Assembly: GCA_039930785.1 (NCBI GenBank)
Contig: JBDTTE010000002.1
Span: 1-48,313 of the forward strand
Source: Betaproteobacteria bacterium
GTDB taxonomy: Bacteria; Pseudomonadota; Gammaproteobacteria; Burkholderiales; JACQAP01
Direction: 5' to 3'
DNA: 48,313 bases
Within the stretch, counting starts at the first letter, position 1; every line of letters starts with the position of its first letter. Of the stretch, positions 16,534-24,938 are shown piece by piece. The translations under genes and the position numbers were made by a program. The notes under the pieces were generated by a model. The model was not told the origin of the DNA and did no database searches. It was given only the letters and a program-made list of their open reading frames with translations.

Positions 16534-17802
16534 TTGGATGAGATACCGCTTTCGACGCTGCTGATCCTTCTGGTCGTCCTGCTCGTTGTTTCCGCGTTCT
16601 TTTCTATTTCCGAAACCAGCATGATGGCGCTCAACCGCTACCGGTTGAGATACTTGACCAAGACCGGGCATCGCGGAGCGAGACTCGCCTCACAATTGCT
16701 CGCGCGCACCGACCGTCTGCTCGGCGTTGTGCTGCTCGGAAACAATCTCGTAAACGCCGCCGCGGCCGCGCTGGTCACCGTCATCACATTCCGACTGTTC
16801 GGGGAAAGCGAACTTGCGCTCACCCTCGGCACCGTAGCGGTGACTTTTTTCATCCTGGTTTTCAGTGAAATCAGCCCGAAGGTCATGGGGGCCAGCTTTC
16901 CGGAGCGTATTGCCTTTCCGGCGGCCTACGTGCTTTCGCCGCTTCTCAAACTTGTCTATCCGCTGGTCTGGTTCATCAATCTGTTCGTGCGCGGCCTGTT
17001 GTGGATTCTGCGTCTGAAGCCACAGTCCAACCAGACCCATACGCTCACGATGGAGGAATTGCGCACGCTGGTACTCGAGGGAGGCAACTTCCTTCCGCAA
17101 AAGCACCAGAACATCCTGCTGAATCTTTTTGATCTGGAATCGATCACCGTGGAAGACGCGATGACACCGCGCAATCAGATCGAGGCAGTCGACATCGAAT
17201 CGCCCAAAGACGAGATCCGCCGGCAAATCGCGATCAGCAACCATACCCGCCTGCCCGTGTACCAGGGGCGGCTTGACGAGATCATCGGCATCGTCCACGT
17301 CCGCAAAGTCCTTAATCTGTCCGAGGGCGACAACATCGATGCCAAGACGCTATCGGACGTATTGCGCGAGCCCTATTTCATTCCGATGGGAACACCCCTG
17401 CTGACGCAGTTACAAAATTTTCAGGAAAAGCAGGATCGCATGGGGCTGGTCGTAGACGAATATGGCGAGCTCAAGGGCTTATTGACGCTGGAGGACATCC
17501 TCGAGGAAATCATCGGCGAATTTACGACCCAGTCCCCGCTGCAGACTGCCCGGTTCAGGCGCATGGAGGATGGCAGCATCATCGTCGAGGGCGGAACATT
17601 GCTGCGGGACCTGAATCGGAAGCTCGGCTATAAGTTTCCCCTGGACGGCCCCAAGACTCTGAATGGATTGATTCTGGAGCACTTTCAGGATATTCCCGAA
17701 CCTGGAACCAGCCTCAAACTGGCAGGCTACCCGCTTGAGGTTCTGCAAACGCAGGATCGGGTGATCAAGTCCGTACGGTTGCTTCCGGCAGATAACGACT
17801 AA
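16534..17802 (+). CDS. HlyC/CorC (CNNM) family transporter: DUF21 membrane domain + CBS pair + CorC_HlyC domain, 422 aa
   Basis: The N-terminus (TTG start) LLILLVVLLVVSAFFSISETSMMALNRYRLRYL aligns with E. coli YfjD/CorB. CBS-pair and C-terminal transporter-associated domain patterns are present. Confidence 0.9.
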   Translation: MDEIPLSTLLILLVVLLVVSAFFSISETSMMALNRYRLRYLTKTGHRGARLASQLLARTDRLLGVVLLGNNLVNAAAAALVTVITFRLFGESELALTLGTVAVTFFILVFSEISPKVMGASFPERIAFPAAYVLSPLLKLVYPLVWFINLFVRGLLWILRLKPQSNQTHTLTMEELRTLVLEGGNFLPQKHQNILLNLFDLESITVEDAMTPRNQIEAVDIESPKDEIRRQIAISNHTRLPVYQGRLDEIIGIVHVRKVLNLSEGDNIDAKTLSDVLREPYFIPMGTPLLTQLQNFQEKQDRMGLVVDEYGELKGLLTLEDILEEIIGEFTTQSPLQTARFRRMEDGSIIVEGGTLLRDLNRKLGYKFPLDGPKTLNGLILEHFQDIPEPGTSLKLAGYPLEVLQTQDRVIKSVRLLPADND

Positions 17803-17934
17803 AAATCAGTGCCATTTATCAGATACTTCCATCTTTACTTTAATGATGGAGCGGTGCATTATTCTTGATGAAAAATCGGGTAAACCCGCGGATCGCCCTT
17901 GTGCGACCGCGATCTGAATGACGGGGTAATCGCT

Positions 17935-19167
17935 ATGGCCACGGCAGCAGCGGCAACGGCAGCACGGGAAGGCGTCAAGCAATACACCTTCCTTTGGGAA
18001 GGCAAGGACAAAGCCGGCAAAATCGTCAAAGGCGATATGCGTGCCGGCGGCGATCACGTTGTCCGATCCCAGCTACGCCGGCAGGGTATCGCCGTCCTGA
18101 AGGTGAAGCGCCAACGCGGCGGCGTGGGAGGCAAGGTCACAGCGAAAGACATTACGCTTTTCACGCGTCAACTCGCCACGATGATGAAAGCCGGCGTGCC
18201 ATTGCTTCAGGCTTTCGACATTGTCGGCAAGGGGCACTCCAATCCGGCAGTGGGCAAGCTCCTGATGGATATAAAAAACGAAGTCGAGACCGGCAACAGC
18301 CTGACCAACGCATTTCGCAAATATCCCCTGCACTTCGATGCACTTTATTGCAACCTCGTAGGTGCCGGGGAGCAGGCCGGTATTCTCGACAGCCTGCTCG
18401 ACCGGTTGGCGACTTACAAAGAGAAAATCCTCGCGATCAAGAGCAAGATCAAGGCGGCGCTGTTTTATCCGATTTCCATCATCGTGGTTGCCTTCATCAT
18501 TACAGCGATCATCATGATTTTTGTCATTCCCGCCTTCAAGGAGCTGTTTTCCAGCTTCGGCGCGAACTTGCCCGCACCTACGTTGTTCGTGATGGCGATA
18601 TCGGATTTTTTCGTCGAATGGTGGTGGGCGATATTTGGCGGCGTAGGCTTCGGAGTGTGGTTCTTCTTCTACACCTGGAAGAGATCGGTCAAGATGCAGA
18701 TGGTCCTCGACCGGTGGTTCCTGAAAATTCCCGTATTCGGACCTTTGATCCGCAAGGCGACAATCGCGCGCTGGACGCGAACGCTGTCCACGATGTTTGC
18801 TGCGGGCGTGCCGCTCGTGGAAGCGCTGGACTCGGTCGCCGGCGCCGCGGGCAACCATGTTTACTACGTAGCCACCAAGAAGATCCAGCAGGATGTGAGC
18901 GCGGGTATCAGCTTGACGACCGCCATGAGTGGAACCAACGTCTTTCCAAGCATGGTCATTCAAATGGTGTCCATCGGCGAGGAATCCGGCGCCCTCGATG
19001 GCATGCTCGGCAAGGTGGCGGACTTTTTTGAAGCCGAAGTCGACGACGCCGTGGAAGCGCTGTCAAGCCTGATGGAGCCGATGATAATGGTCGTGCTGGG
19101 CGTGTTGATCGGCGGAATGGTCATTGCGATGTATCTTCCGATCTTCAAGATGGGGCAGGCGGTATAA
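17935..19167 (+). CDS. pilC: Type IV pilus inner-membrane platform protein PilC (GspF family), 410 aa
   Basis: Track ORF 17899..19167 (TTG), trimmed to the ATG at 17935. Two GspF-type repeats are present (FTRQLATMMKAGVPLLQAFD... and WTRTLSTMFAAGVPLVEALD...). The C-terminus is PMIMVVLGVLIGGMVIAMYLPIFKM. pilD-coaE follow. Confidence 0.93.
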   Translation: MATAAAATAAREGVKQYTFLWEGKDKAGKIVKGDMRAGGDHVVRSQLRRQGIAVLKVKRQRGGVGGKVTAKDITLFTRQLATMMKAGVPLLQAFDIVGKGHSNPAVGKLLMDIKNEVETGNSLTNAFRKYPLHFDALYCNLVGAGEQAGILDSLLDRLATYKEKILAIKSKIKAALFYPISIIVVAFIITAIIMIFVIPAFKELFSSFGANLPAPTLFVMAISDFFVEWWWAIFGGVGFGVWFFFYTWKRSVKMQMVLDRWFLKIPVFGPLIRKATIARWTRTLSTMFAAGVPLVEALDSVAGAAGNHVYYVATKKIQQDVSAGISLTTAMSGTNVFPSMVIQMVSIGEESGALDGMLGKVADFFEAEVDDAVEALSSLMEPMIMVVLGVLIGGMVIAMYLPIFKMGQAV

Positions 19168-19189
19168 GCCAGGCCGTTCGAACAAACGC

Positions 19190-19218
19190 GCGCCCGACGA
19201 ACTCGGGCGCTTTTGTTT
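19190..19218 (+). terminator. Rho-independent terminator between pilC and pilD
   Basis: The stem GCGCCCGA (19190-19197) / TCGGGCGC (19203-19210) has a CGAAC loop and is followed by TTTTGTTT. Confidence 0.75.
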
Positions 19219-19259
19219 AATTCTCCCGCCGGCGCACGAAACCACAATCCAATTTGCCC

Positions 19260-20150
19260 ATGTCAATCCTCCAGGCGTTGCGTGACAACCCGCCGATACT
19301 CACCGCGATCTGTGGCTTGGCCGGGCTGATCGTCGGCAGCTTCCTCAATGTCGTCATCCATCGATTGCCGAAAATGCTTGAACGGTCGTGGGACGAACAG
19401 GCCGCCGACCTCCTGGAGCAGAAGGATCAGCCGGAGATAGCGAAGAAATTGCGCGGAGCGCAATCGCATCGCTACAACCTCGTGACCCCGGCATCGACAT
19501 GCCCGCATTGCGCCCACAGGATCAGGGCCTATGAAAACATTCCTATCGTCAGTTACTTGTTCCTGCGAGGACGATGTTCGTCTTGCGCCGCATCGATCAG
19601 CCCGCGCTATCCGATTGTCGAAGCGATCAGCGGCATTCTTGCGGCATACGCGGGATGGCGTTTCGGGTTCACGATCACGATGGTGGGAGTGCTGGTATTC
19701 GTCTGGGCCCTGGTGGCGCTGACCGCGATCGACATCGACACGCAGCTCCTTCCCGATGACATCACCCTGCCATTGCTATGGCTCGGCCTTCTGGTCAATT
19801 TGATCGACGGGTTGACGCCGCTCCCCTCCGCGGTAATCGGGGCAGTCGCCGGTTATCTTTCTCTCTGGTCGGTCTACTGGTTGTTCAAGCTCACCACCGG
19901 CAAGGAGGGCATGGGGTTTGGCGATTTCAAACTGCTTGCAGCAATCGGCGCGTGGCTCGGCTGGAAGATGCTCCCAGCGGTGATACTGCTCTCCTCCCTG
20001 GTTGGCGCGGTTGTGGGAATTTCCCTGATCGTTTTCACGAAACATGGTCGCAATACACCCATACCCTTCGGACCGTATCTGGCGGCGGCGGGTCTGATCG
20101 CCTTGTTCTGGGGTGAGACGCTCAACCGAAGCTATCTGCAAATGTTCTGA
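19260..20150 (+). CDS. pilD: Prepilin peptidase / N-methyltransferase PilD (A24 family), 296 aa
   Basis: The track ORF starts at a TTG at 19254, with an ATG at 19260. The Cys motif CPHCAHRI....LRGRCSSCAASI is present. The catalytic Asp motif GFGDFKLLAAIGAWLGW is present. Confidence 0.93.
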   Translation: MSILQALRDNPPILTAICGLAGLIVGSFLNVVIHRLPKMLERSWDEQAADLLEQKDQPEIAKKLRGAQSHRYNLVTPASTCPHCAHRIRAYENIPIVSYLFLRGRCSSCAASISPRYPIVEAISGILAAYAGWRFGFTITMVGVLVFVWALVALTAIDIDTQLLPDDITLPLLWLGLLVNLIDGLTPLPSAVIGAVAGYLSLWSVYWLFKLTTGKEGMGFGDFKLLAAIGAWLGWKMLPAVILLSSLVGAVVGISLIVFTKHGRNTPIPFGPYLAAAGLIALFWGETLNRSYLQMF

Positions 20151-20152
20151 AC

Positions 20153-20764
20153 ATGCCGTTCACGGTTGGGCTGACGGGAGGGATCGGTTCGGGCAAAACG
20201 ACAGTGGCGGAATTATTCGCCTCACGGGGCGCGTGCGTCGTCGATGCTGACGAAATTTCCCGCAAACTGACCGGAGCCGGACAACCAGCCGTTGCACAGA
20301 TTGTCGGTAGTTTTGGAGCGCAATTCGCGGCTCAGGATGGCAGCCTCGACAGGCAACGCATGCGCGATCTCGTGTTCTCGGATGCGTCCGCGCGCAAAAA
20401 CCTTGAATCTATCCTGCACCCGTTGATACGCCAGGAATCCGCGCTGCAACTTCGCGCCTGCAAGGGGCCCTACGCCATACTGGTAGTGCCGCTGCTGATT
20501 GAGTCCGGCAACTATCGAACCCGCACAAACCGCGTCGCCGTCGTTGATTGCGATGCGGAAATCCAGGTGCGACGGGTCATGGAACGAGGTGGCCTGAGCC
20601 GCGGCGAAGTCCTGGCGATCATCGCCTCGCAGATTCCCAGGCAAGATCGACTGGCCGCGGCAGATGACGTGATTCGCAATGACGGCGACCTGCCCGACCT
20701 GGAACTTCAGATCGTGTCCCTGCATGCGCGCTACATCGAGCTGGCCGCTGCACACAAAAGCTGA
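20153..20764 (+). CDS. coaE: Dephospho-CoA kinase
   Basis: The P-loop GLTGGIGSGKTTVA is present. The position after pilD is a conserved arrangement. Confidence 0.95.
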   Translation: MPFTVGLTGGIGSGKTTVAELFASRGACVVDADEISRKLTGAGQPAVAQIVGSFGAQFAAQDGSLDRQRMRDLVFSDASARKNLESILHPLIRQESALQLRACKGPYAILVVPLLIESGNYRTRTNRVAVVDCDAEIQVRRVMERGGLSRGEVLAIIASQIPRQDRLAAADDVIRNDGDLPDLELQIVSLHARYIELAAAHKS

Positions 20765-20800
20765 ATGCACCACGACGCATTCATTGCAGCTTTATTTTTT
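20763..20800 (+). terminator. Weak candidate terminator after coaE
   Basis: A 6-bp stem GAATGC (20763-20768) / GCATTC (20777-20782) has an 8-nt loop. The T-run TTTATTTTTT begins only 8 nt after the stem, which is non-canonical. Confidence 0.25.
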
Positions 20801-20847
20801 GGGGTATTTCGGGAATACTTGGGCGAACCTGGCGCCTTTCCCACATC

Positions 20848-21600
20848 GTGATCAGTTACGAGTTCCCGCTCAACGAGAGGATACGCACCCTGCTGCGACT
20901 GGAGGATCTATACCAGCGCGCGCAATATTTCGCGCTAAGGGACGATCCCGAGCAACATCACGTCGCCCTGACCTCGCTTTTCGAGATACTCGAAGTCGGG
21001 GGACGCGCCGACCTGAAGTCCGAGGTGATGCAGGAACTCGAGCGACAAAAGCAGCATCTCGAACAATTGCGCCACAGCCCGGCAATCTCGCAGGAAGCGC
21101 TGGCTTCCGTCATGGCGGATATCGAGAAGACCGTTTCAGATCTGTTCCAGACCTCCGGCAAGACGGGGCAGGAACTGCGCGACAACGAATGGCTGATGGG
21201 CATCAAGCAGCGCGCGGCCATCCCAGGCGGCGTCTGCGAGTTCGATTTGCCCTCGTATCACTACTGGCTCAATCAGAGCGCGGATGTGCGGCGGGTCGAT
21301 CTCGATACATGGCTAGCCCCCTTCCTGCCGATTCGCAACGGCGTGCAGATCATCCTGAAGCTGCTGCGTGCCAGCGGGAAGACTTCGGCCCAGGTCGCTA
21401 GCCAGGGTGTCTATCAACAGACCATGGCCGGACGGGTCGCGCAGATGCTGCGTGTGCGGCTCGAAGGCAATCCCGACTGCGTGCCCGAGGTCAGCGCCAA
21501 CAAATACGCGCTCAACATCCGCTTCACGAATGCGCTTGGAACGCAACGCAAGACCATCGTGGATGACGTCAACTTCGAACTGACGTTCTGCAATCTGTGA
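20848..21600 (+). CDS. zapD: Cell division protein ZapD (FtsZ-associated, YacF family), 250 aa
   Basis: The gene has a GTG start. [21 protein letters not shown] is the typical ZapD N-terminus. It lies between coaE and yacG, as in E. coli. Confidence 0.9.
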   Translation: MISYEFPLNERIRTLLRLEDLYQRAQYFALRDDPEQHHVALTSLFEILEVGGRADLKSEVMQELERQKQHLEQLRHSPAISQEALASVMADIEKTVSDLFQTSGKTGQELRDNEWLMGIKQRAAIPGGVCEFDLPSYHYWLNQSADVRRVDLDTWLAPFLPIRNGVQIILKLLRASGKTSAQVASQGVYQQTMAGRVAQMLRVRLEGNPDCVPEVSANKYALNIRFTNALGTQRKTIVDDVNFELTFCNL

Positions 21601-21800
21601 CGGAGCCCGACTCCACGCCGATTCGCCGTGCGCAGTGTCCGCAATGCCGTGCGAGTGTGATTTGGAGCAAGGACAATGCGTTCCGGCCGTTTTGCTCGGA
21701 GCGCTGCAAATTGATCGACCTCGGCCAATGGGCGACCGGCGCGTATCGCATTCCACAGGAAGAGCGTAACGACGGTCAGACCGAGGAAGACGAAAGCTGA
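21597..21800 (+). CDS. yacG: DNA gyrase inhibitor YacG (zinc-ribbon protein), 67 aa
   Basis: The zinc-ribbon motif is CPQCRASV......[16 protein letters not shown]. Its GTG start overlaps the zapD stop (GTGA). Confidence 0.88.
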   Translation: MTEPDSTPIRRAQCPQCRASVIWSKDNAFRPFCSERCKLIDLGQWATGAYRIPQEERNDGQTEEDES

Positions 21801-22741
21801 TCCGGCGGCGTCCAGGCGCCGCGCACCATGGCGATTCCGTGCGCTCCATTCGAGCGCGCGTCCTCGAATTCCGTGTCTCCCAATCCCCCGAGGGCAATCA
21901 CGGGTACGGAAAATCCGCGCGCCAGATATGCGAATGCGCGCCATCCCAAGGCGGGTGTTCCCGGATGACTTGGGGTCGCATGCACCGGCCCGAGTAGCGC
22001 GTAATCCAGTCCAAGGTCTCGCACCCTGGCCAACTCCGTCGCGTTGTGACAGGAAGCCCCGCACCATTCGACATCGGGACGCGAGGACAGCGTTACAAGT
22101 TCGGCCGACGTCAGGTGCAGCCCGGCGCCGAGCGCAATTGCGAGCGACGGATCGCCGTTGATCACGGCGATACCACCAACCTGCTGCAGCGCGCCGACGA
22201 CTTGCGCCGCGAATTCCTTCCTGACGGACGCCTGCAAGTTTCTCTCCCTGACCTGAACTAGTCGCAAACCTTTCCCCAACGCCGCGCGAAGTTCGATCAA
22301 TGCCCTCTCAACTCCAGTTTCCCAAGCGTGGGTAATACCCATACGTGTGGGCAGGCGCAAGGCCTTGAGTACCGGCGCATTGGCCGGGAGCATCGGCGAC
22401 ACGCCCAGGGAGGCGTGGTATTGCCAGGACAGCGATTGCCCTTCTCGCGGATGCGGCTCACCCTGCCAGCGGGTAACGCGCAGGAAGTGCAGGTTTACGG
22501 TCGCATGCGGGTAAGTGTGGACCCGGGTGACCCACGGGAATGCGCGCTGCACACGAATGCCCAGTTCCTCGTTCAGTTCGCGTGCAAGCGCATCATCAAA
22601 CGCTTCGCCGGCCTCGACCTTTCCGCCGGGAAATTCCCAGTATCCCGCGTAGACCTTGCCGGTGGGACGTTGGGCGAGCAGGAAGCTGCCGTCGGGCCGC
22701 TCGATAACAGCGGCCACGACGTCCACCATGCTGACCGTCAT
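21776..22741 (-). CDS. Nudix (MutT-like) hydrolase fused to a ThiE/TenI-like thiamine-phosphate-synthase-fold domain, 321 aa
   Basis: The Nudix box is [24 protein letters not shown] (GX5EX7REUXEEXGU). The C-terminal ~190 aa carry a TIM-barrel ThiE/TenI-like pattern (LVQVRERNL..., ASCHNATEL..., [18 protein letters not shown]). The gene overlaps yacG convergently by 25 nt. Confidence 0.85.
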   Translation of the reverse strand: MTVSMVDVVAAVIERPDGSFLLAQRPTGKVYAGYWEFPGGKVEAGEAFDDALARELNEELGIRVQRAFPWVTRVHTYPHATVNLHFLRVTRWQGEPHPREGQSLSWQYHASLGVSPMLPANAPVLKALRLPTRMGITHAWETGVERALIELRAALGKGLRLVQVRERNLQASVRKEFAAQVVGALQQVGGIAVINGDPSLAIALGAGLHLTSAELVTLSSRPDVEWCGASCHNATELARVRDLGLDYALLGPVHATPSHPGTPALGWRAFAYLARGFSVPVIALGGLGDTEFEDARSNGAHGIAMVRGAWTPPDQLSSSSV

Positions 22742-22756
22742 GGCACTGGGCCAGCC

Positions 22757-23644
22757 TTAGGACTTCTTGCTCGTGGTGAGCTTGTGGCGCCCGGCCCAGT
22801 CCCGCGCGAAGTGCCACGCAACCCGACCGCTACGCGACCCGCGCGTCAGCGCCCACTGCAACGCCTCGTTGCGTGCTTGTGTGCCGCGATCGCGCCCGGC
22901 AACGCCCAATTCACCCAGCCAATATTCAACGATTGTCAGGTACTCATTCTGGTCGAACGGATAGAATGAAACCCACAATCCAAAGCGCTCCGACAGGGAG
23001 ATCTTCTCCTCTACCGTTTCACCCGGATGAATTTCTTCACCGAGGTATTTGGTCTCGAGATTCTCCTGCATGAATTCCGGCATCAGGTGACGACGGTTTG
23101 ACGTCGCGTAAATCAGGAGATTTTCGGAAGTCGCGGATATCGATCCGTCCAGGATGACCTTGAGCGCCTTGTAGCCAGGTTCATCTGCGTCGAAAGACAA
23201 GTCGTCGCAAAACAGCAGGAACTTGCAAGGTGCATCGGCGACCATATCGACGATGTCGGGCAGATCGGTCAAATCCTGCTTGTCGACTTCTATCAAGCGC
23301 AGGCCCTTCGAGGAGAACTTGCTGAGCAGCGCTTTCACCATCGAGGATTTTCCGGTGCCACGCGCGCCAGTCAGGAGCACGTGATTGGCAGTCAATCCTT
23401 CCATGAACTGACGGGTGTTCTGCTCGACCAGTTTGATCTGATCGTCAATGCCCTGCAGATCCGTCAACTTGATCCGATGGGGATGCGCCACGGGCTGCAG
23501 GAAACCGGTAGTTCCACGCTTGCGCCAGCGGAAAGCGATCGTCTTCTTCCAGTCGGGCGCCGGTTGGGGACGTGGCAGGGTTGCTTCGAAGCGCGCGAGC
23601 AACTGATCGGCGCGATCGATGAGTTTTTCGAGTTCGCGGCTCAT
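22757..23644 (-). CDS. Uncharacterised AAA-type ATP-binding protein (DUF815-like), 295 aa
   Basis: Track ORF 22757..23719, trimmed to the ATG at 23644 (MSRELEKLIDRADQLL), 7 nt after the argJ stop. Walker A is LLTGARGTGKSS and Walker B is LLFCDDLSF. ATSNRRHL is sensor-like. Confidence 0.8.
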   Translation of the reverse strand: MSRELEKLIDRADQLLARFEATLPRPQPAPDWKKTIAFRWRKRGTTGFLQPVAHPHRIKLTDLQGIDDQIKLVEQNTRQFMEGLTANHVLLTGARGTGKSSMVKALLSKFSSKGLRLIEVDKQDLTDLPDIVDMVADAPCKFLLFCDDLSFDADEPGYKALKVILDGSISATSENLLIYATSNRRHLMPEFMQENLETKYLGEEIHPGETVEEKISLSERFGLWVSFYPFDQNEYLTIVEYWLGELGVAGRDRGTQARNEALQWALTRGSRSGRVAWHFARDWAGRHKLTTSKKS

Positions 23645-23651
23645 GTCAACG

Positions 23652-24878
23652 TCAGCTGCGATAGTCAGCATTGATGCTGACGTATTCGTGCGAAAGATCG
23701 CAGGTCCACAAAGTCGCATTGGAACTTCCGCGATTCAGTTTCACCTTCACCGTGATTTCCTGCTGCTTCATGATGCGTTGGCCGTCCTCCTCCCGATAAG
23801 ACGGTGACCGGCCACCCGATTGCGCGACCATCACGTCATCGAGATAAAGATCGACTTTGCCAACGTCCAGATCGTCGATGCCGGCGTAGCCGATCGCTGC
23901 CAAGATACGGCCGAGATTCGGATCCGAGGCGAAGAATGCCGTCTTGACCAGGGGCGAATGCGCTATGGCGTAGCCGACTTTCCGGCACTCGGTCTCGTTC
24001 ATTCCACCGTCGATCTGTATGGTGATGAATTTGGTTGCGCCCTCTCCGTCGCGAACGAGCGCCTGGGCAAGGAATTCCGCTACTTCCGTGATGGCGTCCA
24101 GAAAAAGCTTGAATTCGGGTGAATCGGATTTCCCGATCTCCACCCCTCCTCCCTGCCCGGTAGCAACGACGATCAGCGAATCGTTCGTCGAAGTATCCCC
24201 GTCCACCGTCACGCAGTTGAAGGTCCGCTCTGTCGCGTATGCGGTCGCCTGCTGGAGAAGTTTCGGATCAACGGTTGCGTCGGTCGCGATGAAACCCAGC
24301 ATGGTCGCCATATTGGGACGGATCATTCCCGACCCCTTCGCGATGCCGGTGATGGAAACGATGTGCCCGCCTATCTCCACTTTTCTGGAGCAGGCCTTCG
24401 CCACGGTGTCGGTCGTCATGATCGCAGTCGCCGCCTGCGCCCAGTTACCTTCAGCAAGGTTGTCGATACAACGGGGCAGGCCGGCGGCGATGCGATCGAC
24501 CGGCAACGGCTCCATGATCACGCCAGTGGAGAACGGCAGAACTTCGTCGGCTTCGCAGCCCAGCAATCTGGCGACTTCCGCGCAAGTCTGCTGGGCACGC
24601 AACATACCGTCGTCACCTGTCCCCGCGTTGGCGCAGCCCGTATTGACGAGCAGCGCCCGCACGCTGCCCTTCTGCAAATTTGCTTTTGCCAAGGTGACGG
24701 GCGCGGCGCAAAACCGATTGCGCGTAAACACACCGGCGACTCGCGCACCGGGCGCCAGTACCATGATCAGCAAATCCTTGCGGTTTGCCTTGCGTATGCC
24801 GGCTTCGGTGATGCCAAGCTGGACCCCCTTTATGGCCAGCAGGCTGGCCGGGTCCGGTAAAGAGAGATTCACCGCCAT
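23652..24878 (-). CDS. argJ: Bifunctional glutamate N-acetyltransferase / amino-acid acetyltransferase ArgJ, 408 aa
   Basis: The autoproteolytic site context is [18 protein letters not shown]. The C-terminus is [16 protein letters not shown]. Confidence 0.96.
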   Translation of the reverse strand: MAVNLSLPDPASLLAIKGVQLGITEAGIRKANRKDLLIMVLAPGARVAGVFTRNRFCAAPVTLAKANLQKGSVRALLVNTGCANAGTGDDGMLRAQQTCAEVARLLGCEADEVLPFSTGVIMEPLPVDRIAAGLPRCIDNLAEGNWAQAATAIMTTDTVAKACSRKVEIGGHIVSITGIAKGSGMIRPNMATMLGFIATDATVDPKLLQQATAYATERTFNCVTVDGDTSTNDSLIVVATGQGGGVEIGKSDSPEFKLFLDAITEVAEFLAQALVRDGEGATKFITIQIDGGMNETECRKVGYAIAHSPLVKTAFFASDPNLGRILAAIGYAGIDDLDVGKVDLYLDDVMVAQSGGRSPSYREEDGQRIMKQQEITVKVKLNRGSSNATLWTCDLSHEYVSINADYRS

Positions 24879-24938
24879 CGTTGAACTGTCCCCACGCTTG
24901 TCGTCACAACCAACCGGAACGCCTGCTCTTGCGTGGCG

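Noticed and set aside
17806-18057. 83-aa minus-strand ORF in the corC-pilC junction; considered as a possible pilB remnant or small gene
   Set aside because: Most of it is antisense to the pilC N-terminus. The translation has no PilB-like or other motifs. The only noncoding part is the AT-rich spacer.
21313-22067. Minus-strand ORFs of 194 aa and 217 aa overlapping zapD, yacG and the Nudix gene
   Set aside because: They are out of frame or antisense relative to three recognisable genes. Their sequences are Arg-rich and low-complexity.
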